Below the pieces are notes generated by a model that saw only the letters and a list, made by a program, of their open reading frames with translations, was not told where the DNA came from and did not search any database. 64,000 nt of DNA from Sediminibacterium sp. (GTDB lineage Bacteria; Bacteroidota; Bacteroidia; Chitinophagales; Chitinophagaceae). Within the stretch, counting starts at the first letter, position 1; each line of letters starts with the position of its first letter. Shown here piece by piece: positions 28,642 through 38,526 of this stretch. The stretch lies in NCBI GenBank assembly GCA_040403595.1, contig JBBAKI010000002.1:45088-109087 (forward strand). The letters run 5' to 3'. Position numbers and translations under genes: made by a program.

Positions 28642-28649
28642 TATATTTG
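28642..28649 (+). promoter_or_regulatory. -7 element TATATTTG for metK
   Basis: TAnnTTTG 30 nt upstream of the ATG at 28680. Confidence 0.6.
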
Positions 28650-28679
28650 TGTTTTATTATAAGCTATAAACAAAAATAC

Positions 28680-29933
28680 ATGCCTTATTTATTTACTTCT
28701 GAGAGTGTTTCTGAAGGACATCCAGACAAAGTAGCGGATCAGATTTCTGATGCATTAATCGACAACTTTTTAGCATTTGATCCACAATCAAAAGTGGCTT
28801 GCGAAACTTTAGTTACTACAGGTCAAGTGATTTTGGCTGGGGAGGTAAAATCTAAAGCGTATTTAGATGTGCAAACCATTGCACGTAATGTGATCAAGAA
28901 AATTGGTTACACCAAAAGTGAATATATGTTTGAAGCGGATAGTTGTGGTGTATTAAGTGCGATACACGAACAATCTGCAGATATCAATCAAGGTGTGGAC
29001 AGAAAAAAGAAAGAAGAGCAAGGTGCTGGTGACCAAGGTATGATGTTTGGTTATGCAACCAACGAAACCGATGATTACATGCCATTGGCACTTGACTTAG
29101 CGCACAAAATTCTAATTGAGTTAGCTGCATTAAGAAGAGAGAACAAGGCCATTAAATATTTACGTCCCGATGCAAAATCACAAGTAACACTTGAGTACAA
29201 CGACAAAAACGAGCCAGTAAGAATTGACGCGATTGTGGTGAGTACTCAACACGATGATTTTGATAAAGAAGGAAAGATGTTAGCTAAAATCAACAAGGAT
29301 ATTGTTGAAATTTTAATTCCTCGCGTAAAAGCTAAGTATAAGAAATATGCAAAGTTATTTAACAAGGATATCAAGTATCATATTAACCCTACTGGTAAGT
29401 TTGTAATTGGTGGTCCTCACGGAGACACTGGTTTAACAGGCCGTAAAATTATCGTAGATACCTACGGTGGTAAAGGCGCACACGGTGGTGGCGCATTCTC
29501 TGGTAAAGATCCAAGTAAAGTAGACCGTTCTGCTGCTTATGCAACACGTCATATTGCTAAAAATTTAGTAGCTGCTGGAGTAGCTTCTGAAGTATTGGTG
29601 CAAGTATCTTACGCGATTGGTGTTGCTAAGCCAACTTCTATTAACGTAAACACGTACGGTACTGCTAAAGTAAAATTAACGGATGGTCAAATTGGTAAAT
29701 TGGTAGAATCTATTTTTGATATGCGCCCTTACTTTATCGAACAACGTTTAAAGTTAAGAACGCCAATGTATAGTGAAACTGCTGCTTACGGACATATGGG
29801 TCGTAAAAATGAAACAGTAACTAAAACATTTACAACCCCAGATGGTAAATCTAAAACAATGAAAGTTGAATTATTTACTTGGGAGAAATTAGATTATGTA
29901 GCAAAGGTCAAAAAAGCCTTTGGTTTAAAATAA
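28680..29933 (+). CDS. metK: S-adenosylmethionine synthetase
   Basis: [28 protein letters not shown] and TAAYGH. Start MPYLF at 28680. Confidence 0.98.
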   Translation: MPYLFTSESVSEGHPDKVADQISDALIDNFLAFDPQSKVACETLVTTGQVILAGEVKSKAYLDVQTIARNVIKKIGYTKSEYMFEADSCGVLSAIHEQSADINQGVDRKKKEEQGAGDQGMMFGYATNETDDYMPLALDLAHKILIELAALRRENKAIKYLRPDAKSQVTLEYNDKNEPVRIDAIVVSTQHDDFDKEGKMLAKINKDIVEILIPRVKAKYKKYAKLFNKDIKYHINPTGKFVIGGPHGDTGLTGRKIIVDTYGGKGAHGGGAFSGKDPSKVDRSAAYATRHIAKNLVAAGVASEVLVQVSYAIGVAKPTSINVNTYGTAKVKLTDGQIGKLVESIFDMRPYFIEQRLKLRTPMYSETAAYGHMGRKNETVTKTFTTPDGKSKTMKVELFTWEKLDYVAKVKKAFGLK

Positions 29934-29947
29934 AAGTATACGATTTC

Positions 29948-29981
29948 AAAAAGCCCCTGCTAATTTTAGTGGGGGCTTTTT
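29948..29981 (+). terminator. Intrinsic terminator after metK
   Basis: AAAAAGCCCC...GGGGCTTTTT stem. Confidence 0.85.
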
Positions 29982-30016
29982 ATTTAGCAATATATTTGAC
30001 ACGCGTATTTAATACC

Positions 30017-30574
30017 ATGCAGCAAAAAAATCCTTGGACCATAAAAAATAGCAAATCCATTTACCAAAATACTTGGATAGACGTCACCGAATATGACGTG
30101 CTTAACCCGGCCGGTAAGCCTGGGATTTATGGCAAGGTTCATTTTAAAAATATTGCTGTTGGCGTGGTGCCCATCACGCCAGACTTGCATACCTATTTGG
30201 TGGGTCAGTACAGATTTACACTGGATGCATACAGTTGGGAAATTCCGGAAGGGGGCTGTCCAGAAAGTACGGATCCACTTCAAACGGCTATTAGGGAGTT
30301 AAAAGAAGAAACCGGACTAGTGGCTGCAACATATAAAGAGCTGATGCGACTTCATTTATCAAATTCTGTTTCTGATGAGCTGGCTATTATTTATTTGGCA
30401 ACTGAGTTGATGCAACAGGATGCAGAACCTGAAGAAACAGAAGCTTTACAAATTAAAAAAGTATCTTTATCAGACGCTTATAGCATGGTAGCAGATGGAA
30501 CGATTACCGATGCCATGAGTGTGGCTGCACTTACTAAAATTGAATTATTACAAGTGCAGGGCCTTCTTATCTAA
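30017..30574 (+). CDS. NUDIX hydrolase (ADP-ribose pyrophosphatase-like)
   Basis: Nudix box EGGCPESTDPLQTAIRELKEETG. Start MQQKNPW at 30017; TATATTTG promoter at 29991-29998. Confidence 0.9.
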   Translation: MQQKNPWTIKNSKSIYQNTWIDVTEYDVLNPAGKPGIYGKVHFKNIAVGVVPITPDLHTYLVGQYRFTLDAYSWEIPEGGCPESTDPLQTAIRELKEETGLVAATYKELMRLHLSNSVSDELAIIYLATELMQQDAEPEETEALQIKKVSLSDAYSMVADGTITDAMSVAALTKIELLQVQGLLI

Positions 30575-30585
30575 TTTATTTTCAC

Positions 30586-31335
30586 ATGGCAATCAAACAA
30601 TCGACATTAATAATTGGACGTCAACCACTCGTAGAAGCTTTACAGTCGGGACGGTCTATCGATAAAATTTTATTTCAAAAAAATATTACTGGCGAAGCCA
30701 TTTTGCAAATTAGGCAGTTGGCACGTGAATACAATGTTCCCATTCAGCTCGTGCCGCCCGAAAAATTAAATGGACTAACAAAGGCCAATCATCAGGGTGT
30801 GGTTGCCATTGCTGGGCTTGTGCAATATTTAGATTTGCAACAAGTCATTGATCACGTAGTAGAAAAAGGAGAGGCTCCCTTGTTTGTAATGCTAGACGGC
30901 ATTACAGATGTTAGAAATATTGGAGCGATTGCAAGAAGTGCGCTATGCTGTGGTGCGCAGGCGCTTATTATTCCGGATAAAGGGGTAGGTGCACTTAACG
31001 CCGAAGCTGTTAAAAGTAGTGCAGGTGCACTTGAACATATTCATGTATGCCGCGTTAATAGTTTAATTAAAGCAGTAGATACGCTGCACTTAAATGGGAT
31101 ACAAGTTTTTACTTCTGAAATGCGCGCTGATAAAAAAATATATGAGCTTGCTTTAACAGATCCGTGTTGTGTGATTATGGGAGATGAAGGGAAAGGCGTA
31201 CAACCTTATTTGGCAAAAGCAGCAGATGCATTTTTTACCATTCCAATGGCGGGTACTTTTGATTCATTTAATGTTGGCGTTGCTACTGGTATCGTTTTAT
31301 ATGAAGCCATGAAACAACGTTTGTTAGAAGCTTAA
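30586..31335 (+). CDS. rlmB: 23S rRNA (Gm2251) 2'-O-methyltransferase, TrmH/SPOUT family
   Basis: NHQGVVA, DGITDVRNIGAIARSA, MGDEGKG and SFNVGVA. Confidence 0.9.
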   Translation: MAIKQSTLIIGRQPLVEALQSGRSIDKILFQKNITGEAILQIRQLAREYNVPIQLVPPEKLNGLTKANHQGVVAIAGLVQYLDLQQVIDHVVEKGEAPLFVMLDGITDVRNIGAIARSALCCGAQALIIPDKGVGALNAEAVKSSAGALEHIHVCRVNSLIKAVDTLHLNGIQVFTSEMRADKKIYELALTDPCCVIMGDEGKGVQPYLAKAADAFFTIPMAGTFDSFNVGVATGIVLYEAMKQRLLEA

Positions 31336-31345
31336 TTTTTATTGT

Positions 31346-32359
31346 ATGAAATTTCATTATGAGTTTGATATCCCAGCCCTTCAAAGTCCTATTGGACACC
31401 GGGATCATACGCTCATGATAGGTTCTTGCTTTACAGAAAATATGGGCGAAAAATTATCGAAGCATTTGTTTCGTGTATTAGAAAATCCCAATGGCGTTTT
31501 GTTTAATCCGGTATCTGTTGCAGAGGCATTACACCAATATATAGATGCCCCCACATTTTCGGCCAACGATTTATTTTATTTTAACGAAGCCTTTCATTCT
31601 TGGAAACACCATAGCCGTTTTTCTGGCACTACAACAGAAGAGGCACTCACTAAAATTAATGGATCTATAACTGCGGCGCATTTGTTTTTAAAAAAAGCAT
31701 CTCATTTATTTATTACGCTAGGATCTGCGTGGGTGTATCAACTAACAGAGCAAGCGGATGGGTATGCGCCTAATTTTGTGGCAGCCAATAACCATAAAGC
31801 CCCCGCCAGTTGGTTTACTAAAAAACTTTTGACACCCATTGATATCACTCATTTATATAAGCCTTTAATTCAAAAACTGCGTCAAGTAAATCCATCTTTA
31901 CAAATTATTTATACCATTAGTCCGGTGCGTCACGTGCGTGAAGGCATGGTAGAAAACAATAGGAGCAAAGCTGCTTTAATTCAGGCGGTACATAGTCTTG
32001 TAGCAAATGATGCCAACAGCTATTATTTTCCTGCCTACGAAATAGTAATAGATGATTTGCGTGATTACCGTTTTTACAGCGAAGACATGGTGCATCCCAA
32101 TTACCATGCCACCGAGTATGTGTGGGAAAAGTTTTTACAGGCATGCACAACACCGGAAACAAAAAATATCATCAAAGAAATTACGGCTATCAATTTAGCG
32201 GTTACGCACAAGCCTTTTTTTGTACATTCTGATCAGCACCAATTATTTCTTCAAAAAACCTATCAAAAAATTGAAGCCTTGCGTTCCCAATATTCTTTTT
32301 TAGATTTTAGTAGTCAAATAGATCTACTAGAAATTCAATTGTTACCTTCATCTTATTAG
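31346..32359 (+). CDS. GSCFA-domain protein (SGNH-hydrolase-like)
   Basis: IGSCFTENM, ITLGSAWVY, TISPVRH, NNRSKA, YFPAYEI and DMVHP. Confidence 0.9.
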   Translation: MKFHYEFDIPALQSPIGHRDHTLMIGSCFTENMGEKLSKHLFRVLENPNGVLFNPVSVAEALHQYIDAPTFSANDLFYFNEAFHSWKHHSRFSGTTTEEALTKINGSITAAHLFLKKASHLFITLGSAWVYQLTEQADGYAPNFVAANNHKAPASWFTKKLLTPIDITHLYKPLIQKLRQVNPSLQIIYTISPVRHVREGMVENNRSKAALIQAVHSLVANDANSYYFPAYEIVIDDLRDYRFYSEDMVHPNYHATEYVWEKFLQACTTPETKNIIKEITAINLAVTHKPFFVHSDQHQLFLQKTYQKIEALRSQYSFLDFSSQIDLLEIQLLPSSY

Positions 32360-32964
32360 TGGATACGGTCACCTCTTATTTCCATCGACTCCATTACTTC
32401 TTTTTCATGCGCCAACCATTCGGCCCAACGTTCCAATGTTTTTTCTTTACCAAAGTACAAAGTGGCAAGGTCTATAAAGAGGGTGTAATGTCCAGCTTCA
32501 CTTTCCATAAAGCGTCTATAAAATTTTTTCAAGTAGTCATCGGAAAGTCCTTCACTGAGTCTTTTAAAACGCTCACAACTTCTGGCTTCTACAAGTGCCA
32601 TCATGAGTAATTGGTCTAGTAAACGGGTGGGCTCGTCACCTCCTTTTTTTTGAAAAGCAATCAGTGCATTGACGTATAAATCTTTTCGTTGTTTCCCTAA
32701 TTGCAAACCGCGTTTGTGTAATTCTTGTAAGACCAGTCTAAAATGGCCCCATTCTTCGGTTACAATGGGGGCTAATTCTTTTACGAGTTCTACCCGGTCC
32801 GAATAGCGCTGGATATAAGAGATGCAGGTAAGCGCCGCTTTTTGCTCGCAATAGGCATGATCCGTTAAAATAGATCGAATGCTAATAGCTGCAAGGTCTA
32901 CCCAGCGTGGGTCGGTGGGTAGTTGAAGTCCTAATATGTTTTTTGTATCCGTAGACAATTCCAT
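32356..32964 (-). CDS. miaE: tRNA 2-methylthio-N6-isopentenyladenosine(37) hydroxylase
   Basis: Di-iron motifs DHAYCEQKAA, EEWGHF, EARSCERF and ESEAGH. Start MELST at 32964. Confidence 0.9.
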   Translation of the reverse strand: MELSTDTKNILGLQLPTDPRWVDLAAISIRSILTDHAYCEQKAALTCISYIQRYSDRVELVKELAPIVTEEWGHFRLVLQELHKRGLQLGKQRKDLYVNALIAFQKKGGDEPTRLLDQLLMMALVEARSCERFKRLSEGLSDDYLKKFYRRFMESEAGHYTLFIDLATLYFGKEKTLERWAEWLAHEKEVMESMEIRGDRIH

Positions 32965-33049
32965 ATGCAAATATCCGGTAAGGCTTTCATTTATAAAAAC
33001 CTTTATTACCCCCAAAAAAATCTTAATTTCAGTGCTCAAACGATTGTCT

Positions 33050-35512
33050 ATGCGCATAGTCCCTTTTATTATTTCTGCTGCCCTTACTACTGGGCTAGTG
33101 GCGGTGCTAAATACCCCTTTGTCTGTGGGTAAAACCAAAACCCCAAGGCTTGGTTATTTTTTATCGCCGCAACAAGGATTTTGGCAAAATGCCGAACCTG
33201 AAAATCAATCTTTCGATGCCAATATTGTAACCGATGGTTTGCAGGATAAGGTAGAAGTATTGATGGATGAAAGACTAGTGCCGCATATTTATGCTAACAA
33301 TGATAATGATGCATACTATACACAAGGTTTTTTGCATGCAAAATTTAGACTTTGGCAAATGGAGTTTCAAACCTACGTTGCCGCTGGAAGATTAAGTGAA
33401 ATTGTTGGACCTGACCGTATTGCAACCGATCGTTTTTTTAGAAGGTTAGGTATGTTGGAAGGTGCAGAAGCCACCATGAAAAAAATGGCAAACAATCCTG
33501 CATTGCAAGCCGCTGTTGCATCTTATGCTGCAGGTGTGAACGCATATATTAAGTCGTTAAAGCCGGAGCAAATTCCATTCGAATACAAACTACTCGATTA
33601 TAAACCTGAAGCATGGACGCCTATAAAAACCTATTTGTTTTTAATGTTCATGTCTTATGATTTAACTGGCCGTGGCACCACCACCGATCTTCAAATGACC
33701 AATTCAAAAAATTATTTTGGCTACGAAGATTTTAATAAATTATATACCAATGTGCAAGATTCGTTAGACCCTATTATTCCTAAAGGAACGGTGCATGGTC
33801 CGGCATCTGTTATTGCAAAGGCGCCAGCTACATTAGATTCTCTTTATTTTGCTACAACAGCCTCTGTTACACCTACAGGTCCAGAAGTACCTAATAAAAG
33901 CAATGGTTCAAACAACTGGGCAATTGCTGGAAGCAAAACCAAAAGTGGCAAACCCATTTTAGCGAGTGACCCACACCTAGGTTTAAATTTACCATCACTT
34001 TGGTATGAAGTGCAAATTACTACACCAACACATAGCACCTATGGTGCAAGTTTTCCGGGATCACCAGCCGTCATTATTGGGTTCAATGATAGTATTGCAT
34101 GGGGCGTTACCAATGCTGGAAGAGACGTGCTCGATTACTACGACATGAAGTTTAAAGATTCTACCATGGGTGAATATTGGTTTAATGGCGCATGGCAAAA
34201 GTCGGTGATTAAAGAAGAGCGCATTAAAATAAAAGGTCAGCCTGATTCAATTGATCGCATAGCTATAACGGCACTGGGTCCCGTGATGTATGATAAAAGT
34301 TATAACGCCAATGGTTCTAACGGACGTTACCTTGCTGTAAGATGGACGGCGCAAGATGGCGGCAGCGGCATTCAAACTTTTTATGAATTAAATAGAGCTA
34401 AAAATTTTGATGATTATGTAATTGCTATTGATCATTGGACTTGTCCTGGTCAAAATTTTGCATTTGCAAGTGTTAGTGGTGACATTGCCATCAAGCAACA
34501 AGGTTCTTTTGTTGCTAGGTGGAATAGACAAGGAGATTTTATTATGCCAGGCGACGATAGTAGTTATTTATGGCAAGGCATGATTCCTTCTTCCGAAAAT
34601 CCAATGATTAAAAATCCAGAGCGTGGTTTTGTAAGTAGTGCCAATCAAATGTCTACCGACAGCACCTATCCTTATTATTTGGGTGCTGCTAATGCATTTC
34701 CTTTATACAGGGGTATTATCTTAAACAAAAAGTTGAATGCGATGTCTGGTATTACACCTCAGGATGTTCAAGCGCTTCAAACCGATAACTATAATGTGTT
34801 TGCAGAAATGGCAAGGCCTGCACTATTTAAATACATGGATGAATCAAGGTTAAACGCATCCGATAAAAAATATATAGACTATCTCCGCAATTGGAATTTG
34901 CGCAATGATGTAAATGAAGTTGGGGCTTCTGTATTTAGAGCTATTTGGGATAGTTTAGAAGTAGCTGTTTGGGCCGATGAATTTAAAAATGCAAAACTAC
35001 CTTTACAATGGCCCGATGAGTCTACACTACTTGAACAAATGCTACGAGATTCTGTGGTACTTTTTCAAGACAATATTGCAACGCCCAATATTAAAGAAAC
35101 CATGTTTGATGCAGTAACGATTGCCATTAAAAAAGCGACGCCTTATTTACAACAAATGGAAAAAGAGGGAACGCTTGCATGGGGCGCCTACAAAGACACG
35201 CGCGTGAATCACCTTTTAAAAATTCCAGCATTGAGTAGATTGCATTTACCAATAGGAGGCGGTGTACATATTATCAATGCAACCACAAATAACCATGGCC
35301 CAAGCTGGCGTATGGTGGTTCATTTGATAGATGGGATAGAAGCCTATGGCGTTTATCCGGGTGGACAAAGTGGTAATCCGGGTAGCAAATATTATGACAG
35401 CTTTATTGACAGTTGGGCTGCCGGAAAATATTACCGTATTTTATTTTTGTCAAAAGAAGCGGCTAAACAAAATAGTCAATTCAAATGGCGTATCACATTT
35501 ACTCATGCTTAA
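33050..35512 (+). CDS. Penicillin acylase-family Ntn hydrolase (S45)
   Basis: D...VPHIYA, QGFLHAKFRLWQM, catalytic GSNNW, ASDPHL and PGGQSG. Start MRIVP at 33050. Confidence 0.92.
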   Translation: MRIVPFIISAALTTGLVAVLNTPLSVGKTKTPRLGYFLSPQQGFWQNAEPENQSFDANIVTDGLQDKVEVLMDERLVPHIYANNDNDAYYTQGFLHAKFRLWQMEFQTYVAAGRLSEIVGPDRIATDRFFRRLGMLEGAEATMKKMANNPALQAAVASYAAGVNAYIKSLKPEQIPFEYKLLDYKPEAWTPIKTYLFLMFMSYDLTGRGTTTDLQMTNSKNYFGYEDFNKLYTNVQDSLDPIIPKGTVHGPASVIAKAPATLDSLYFATTASVTPTGPEVPNKSNGSNNWAIAGSKTKSGKPILASDPHLGLNLPSLWYEVQITTPTHSTYGASFPGSPAVIIGFNDSIAWGVTNAGRDVLDYYDMKFKDSTMGEYWFNGAWQKSVIKEERIKIKGQPDSIDRIAITALGPVMYDKSYNANGSNGRYLAVRWTAQDGGSGIQTFYELNRAKNFDDYVIAIDHWTCPGQNFAFASVSGDIAIKQQGSFVARWNRQGDFIMPGDDSSYLWQGMIPSSENPMIKNPERGFVSSANQMSTDSTYPYYLGAANAFPLYRGIILNKKLNAMSGITPQDVQALQTDNYNVFAEMARPALFKYMDESRLNASDKKYIDYLRNWNLRNDVNEVGASVFRAIWDSLEVAVWADEFKNAKLPLQWPDESTLLEQMLRDSVVLFQDNIATPNIKETMFDAVTIAIKKATPYLQQMEKEGTLAWGAYKDTRVNHLLKIPALSRLHLPIGGGVHIINATTNNHGPSWRMVVHLIDGIEAYGVYPGGQSGNPGSKYYDSFIDSWAAGKYYRILFLSKEAAKQNSQFKWRITFTHA

Positions 35513-35521
35513 TTTATTTTT

Positions 35522-35878
35522 ATGAAATTTATAGTTGCTATAGTATTACATGCTTTCTTAGCTTTTGCCATTGGTTTATATAGTCAATTTCCTTGGTGGC
35601 TTTTTATTGCTACATCGGGTATTGTTTCATTTTTCATCGCACAAGCACCTACTAAAAGTTTTTTTGCTGGCTTTATAGGAATCGCTGCTTTGTGGGCAGG
35701 ATTAGCCACCGGAAAAGACTTGGCCAATGCGCATTTACTATCTAGTAAAGTGGCGCAAATACTTCCATTGGGAGGCTCTTATGTAACACTTATTGTTGTT
35801 ACAGCAGTGGTTGGCGGACTATTAGGAGGCTTTGCTGCCTTAACCGGCGCATATTTGCGGAGTAATTCTACGAAGTAG
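35522..35878 (+). CDS. Small multi-TM hypothetical membrane protein
   Basis: 118 aa, almost entirely hydrophobic and glycine-rich, 9 nt after the acylase. Confidence 0.75.
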   Translation: MKFIVAIVLHAFLAFAIGLYSQFPWWLFIATSGIVSFFIAQAPTKSFFAGFIGIAALWAGLATGKDLANAHLLSSKVAQILPLGGSYVTLIVVTAVVGGLLGGFAALTGAYLRSNSTK

Positions 35879-35901
35879 TTAAAATATTGATATCATTTAA
35901 C

Positions 35902-35940
35902 AAATAGGTAGCTTCTATTCATAAGAAGCTACCTATTTTT
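35902..35940 (+). terminator. Intrinsic terminator, 15-bp perfect stem
   Basis: AAATAGGTAGCTTCT-ATTCATA-AGAAGCTACCTATTT. Confidence 0.85.
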
Positions 35941-35946
35941 GTCTAT

Positions 35947-38415
35947 ATGCATTGTAAAAAGTATTTAGCTAGTGTCGTTCTCATTATTGTAAGTTGGTTG
36001 CAGTTATCCGCGCAAACCGTTGTAACCGGATTCGTTACCGATGGCGCAGGAAAAAAGCTAGCACATGCTTCTGTATTGATTAAAGGAACAACCAGGGGCG
36101 TTACTGCCAATGCAGATGCAAAATATGCGCTCTCACTGGCAGCTGGTTCCTATACCCTCGCTTGTAATTATGTAGGGTTTGAAGCGGTCGAAAAAAAAAT
36201 TAAAATACTTCCGGGGCAGGATACGCTTTCCTTATCTTTTGTGTTAACCAAACAAGTATTCTTATTAAATGACGTTGTGGTTAAAGCTAAAGGCGAAGAC
36301 CCGGCTTATGCCATTATCAGAAAAGCTATTAAAAAAAGACCCGATTATTTAAATGAAATTAAAAAATTTAGTGCGGAGGTATACATTAAAGGACAGTTGG
36401 TTTTAAATGATTTCCCTAAGTCATTTTTTGGGAAGGCCTTAGCCCCCAATAATTTTGATACCATCAAAAACCGAATTTTATTTTTGTCTGAAACGGTTTC
36501 TGACTATTATGTAGACGTTCCTAACAAAGAACGCATCGAAGTAAAGTCATCTAAAGTGAGTGGAAGAAGTAGCGGCTTTGGGCTTAGTAATCCGCAAATT
36601 ATTTCCTTTTATCAAAACAATATTGCTTTAGGTAATGGACTTAACCCACGTGGGTTTGTTTCTCCAATAGCAGATGGCGCCCTTGCTTTTTACAACTATA
36701 AATTTGAAGGTACTTTTTATGAAAACGGTATCGAAATAAGTAGAATTCGGGTGCTGCCTAAACGAAAGTACGAACCGCTATTTTCTGGCATTATCAATAT
36801 CATAGAAAATGATTGGCGTATTCACAGTGTCCAACTTAATTTGTTAAAAGAGCAACAGTTGCAACTTCTCGATACGCTTCAAATTGAACAGTATTATGTC
36901 CCAACCAAACAAGGCTGGGTAATAAAAAATCAAATCATTTATCCACGTGGAAAATTTTTTGGCTTTGCATTTTCCGGAAGCTTTGTACAAGTGTATGATC
37001 AGTTTAATTTAGCACCGGTATATGGTAAAAAGTTTTTTGGCAATACTTTTTTAAAGTACTTAGATAGCTCCAATAAAAAAAGTTCGGCTTATTGGGATAG
37101 TATAAGACCCGTTCCACTAGCTTTAGAAGAAGCTAGGGATTATGTTAAAAAAGATAGCCTAGAAAAAATAACACAAAACCCCAAATACTTAGATTCGGTA
37201 GATAGGGTAAGAAATAAATTCAAATTATCTGGCTTTTTATTAACGGGTCAAACCATTAATAAGCAAAGTAAAAAAATAAGGATTCAGTTTGATCCCTTAA
37301 TCAAGTCCGTTAATTTTAATACCGTCGAAGGGTATAATGCAAGTTTTTCTCCCAGGTGGACAAAGCGTTATGAAGGGCGCAATAGTTTATCGATAGAGCC
37401 TTTGTTGCGCTATGGGTTTAGCAATAAAAGGCTACAGCCATCCGTAACAGTGCGGTATAATTTTGGAAAAAAATATTTCAATAACATAGGAATAGGGGTT
37501 GGTAAAAATGTATTCCAGTTTAACAATGAAATAGCTATTCCAGAATCCCGAAACACTGTTCAATCTATTTTATTTGAACGCAATTATTTGAAAATATATG
37601 AAGCCAAATATTTCACAGTAGGCTATGCTGTTGGACTAGGTAGTGGATTAAATTTTAGAGCCAATTTTCAATATCAAGATAGGGAGGCCTTATTTAATTT
37701 GGATAGGCCACTTATTTTTATCGATCATATTAATAGAAGCTATACACCCAACACGCCAGCACCTTTGTCCAATTCAAGTTTTGAAAAGCATCAAGCGGCC
37801 ACTATTACAGGTGTTTTAACATGGCAGCCCGGAGGCAAATATATCGAGCTTCCAGACCGTAAAATTGGTATAGGTTCTAAAGCGCCAACTTTTACACTTT
37901 CGTATAAAAAGGGAATTCCAAATTTACTCAGTAGTGATGTTGATTACGCAAAATGGTCTATGGGTGTTGCTGACGATTTACCAATGGGTCTTGGTGGTAC
38001 ACTTCAGTATAGGGCAACTGCAGGTGGTTTTACAAACAGTAATAAAGTATATACACCAGACGCCCAGCATTACTTTGGTAACCAAACTTTTTTTTCAATA
38101 GATCATTTAAAAGGGTTTCAGCTATTGCCTTATTACGCGTTTAGTAATAACGCTTCATTTTATACCACTGTTTTTGCTGAGTATCACTTAAATGGGCTCA
38201 TTACCAATAAAATTCCTGGATTTCGAAAACTCAATTGGTTTTTGGTGGGAGGTGTGAGCTATTTGCACGTCAACAATAGGGTGAACTATACCGAATCTCT
38301 AATCGGTATTGAAAATATCTTTAAAGTAATACGCGTTGATCTTGTGAATGGATTTCAAAAGGGTGAACCCGTTAGGACAGGGTTTCGATTAACGGTTCCG
38401 GTATTATTTAGATAA
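35947..38415 (+). CDS. DUF5686 and carboxypeptidase-regulatory-like domain outer-membrane protein
   Basis: Signal peptide, CarboxypepD_reg-like N domain, GEDPAYAIIRKAIKKR, GFVSPIADGA and C-terminal beta strands. Confidence 0.8.
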   Translation: MHCKKYLASVVLIIVSWLQLSAQTVVTGFVTDGAGKKLAHASVLIKGTTRGVTANADAKYALSLAAGSYTLACNYVGFEAVEKKIKILPGQDTLSLSFVLTKQVFLLNDVVVKAKGEDPAYAIIRKAIKKRPDYLNEIKKFSAEVYIKGQLVLNDFPKSFFGKALAPNNFDTIKNRILFLSETVSDYYVDVPNKERIEVKSSKVSGRSSGFGLSNPQIISFYQNNIALGNGLNPRGFVSPIADGALAFYNYKFEGTFYENGIEISRIRVLPKRKYEPLFSGIINIIENDWRIHSVQLNLLKEQQLQLLDTLQIEQYYVPTKQGWVIKNQIIYPRGKFFGFAFSGSFVQVYDQFNLAPVYGKKFFGNTFLKYLDSSNKKSSAYWDSIRPVPLALEEARDYVKKDSLEKITQNPKYLDSVDRVRNKFKLSGFLLTGQTINKQSKKIRIQFDPLIKSVNFNTVEGYNASFSPRWTKRYEGRNSLSIEPLLRYGFSNKRLQPSVTVRYNFGKKYFNNIGIGVGKNVFQFNNEIAIPESRNTVQSILFERNYLKIYEAKYFTVGYAVGLGSGLNFRANFQYQDREALFNLDRPLIFIDHINRSYTPNTPAPLSNSSFEKHQAATITGVLTWQPGGKYIELPDRKIGIGSKAPTFTLSYKKGIPNLLSSDVDYAKWSMGVADDLPMGLGGTLQYRATAGGFTNSNKVYTPDAQHYFGNQTFFSIDHLKGFQLLPYYAFSNNASFYTTVFAEYHLNGLITNKIPGFRKLNWFLVGGVSYLHVNNRVNYTESLIGIENIFKVIRVDLVNGFQKGEPVRTGFRLTVPVLFR

Positions 38416-38421
38416 AATACT

Positions 38422-38429
38422 TATTTTTG
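38422..38429 (+). promoter_or_regulatory. -7 element TATTTTTG for trhO
   Basis: TAnnTTTG 97 nt upstream of the ATG. Confidence 0.55.
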
Positions 38430-38526
38430 CTGTACTATTTTGACCACCCTGCAAGTGGTTCTATTGTTCATAGAACATGGATGGAAAGTGAAAAACCTTG
38501 AAGTGCATGTCTAAAAAAGTATACAT

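Noticed and set aside
28626-28679. Possible SAM riboswitch upstream of metK
   Set aside because: Only 54 nt, AT-rich, holds a promoter, and has no SAM-I or SAM-II core.
32936-33138. Apparent 200-nt head-to-head overlap of miaE and the acylase
   Set aside because: Artefact of longest-ORF starts. Homology-consistent starts are 32964 and 33050, leaving a normal divergent gap.
38450-38520. preQ1-like GTGGTTC...AAAAAC pattern before trhO
   Set aside because: No downstream strand to form the P1 stem, so it is not called as preQ1.
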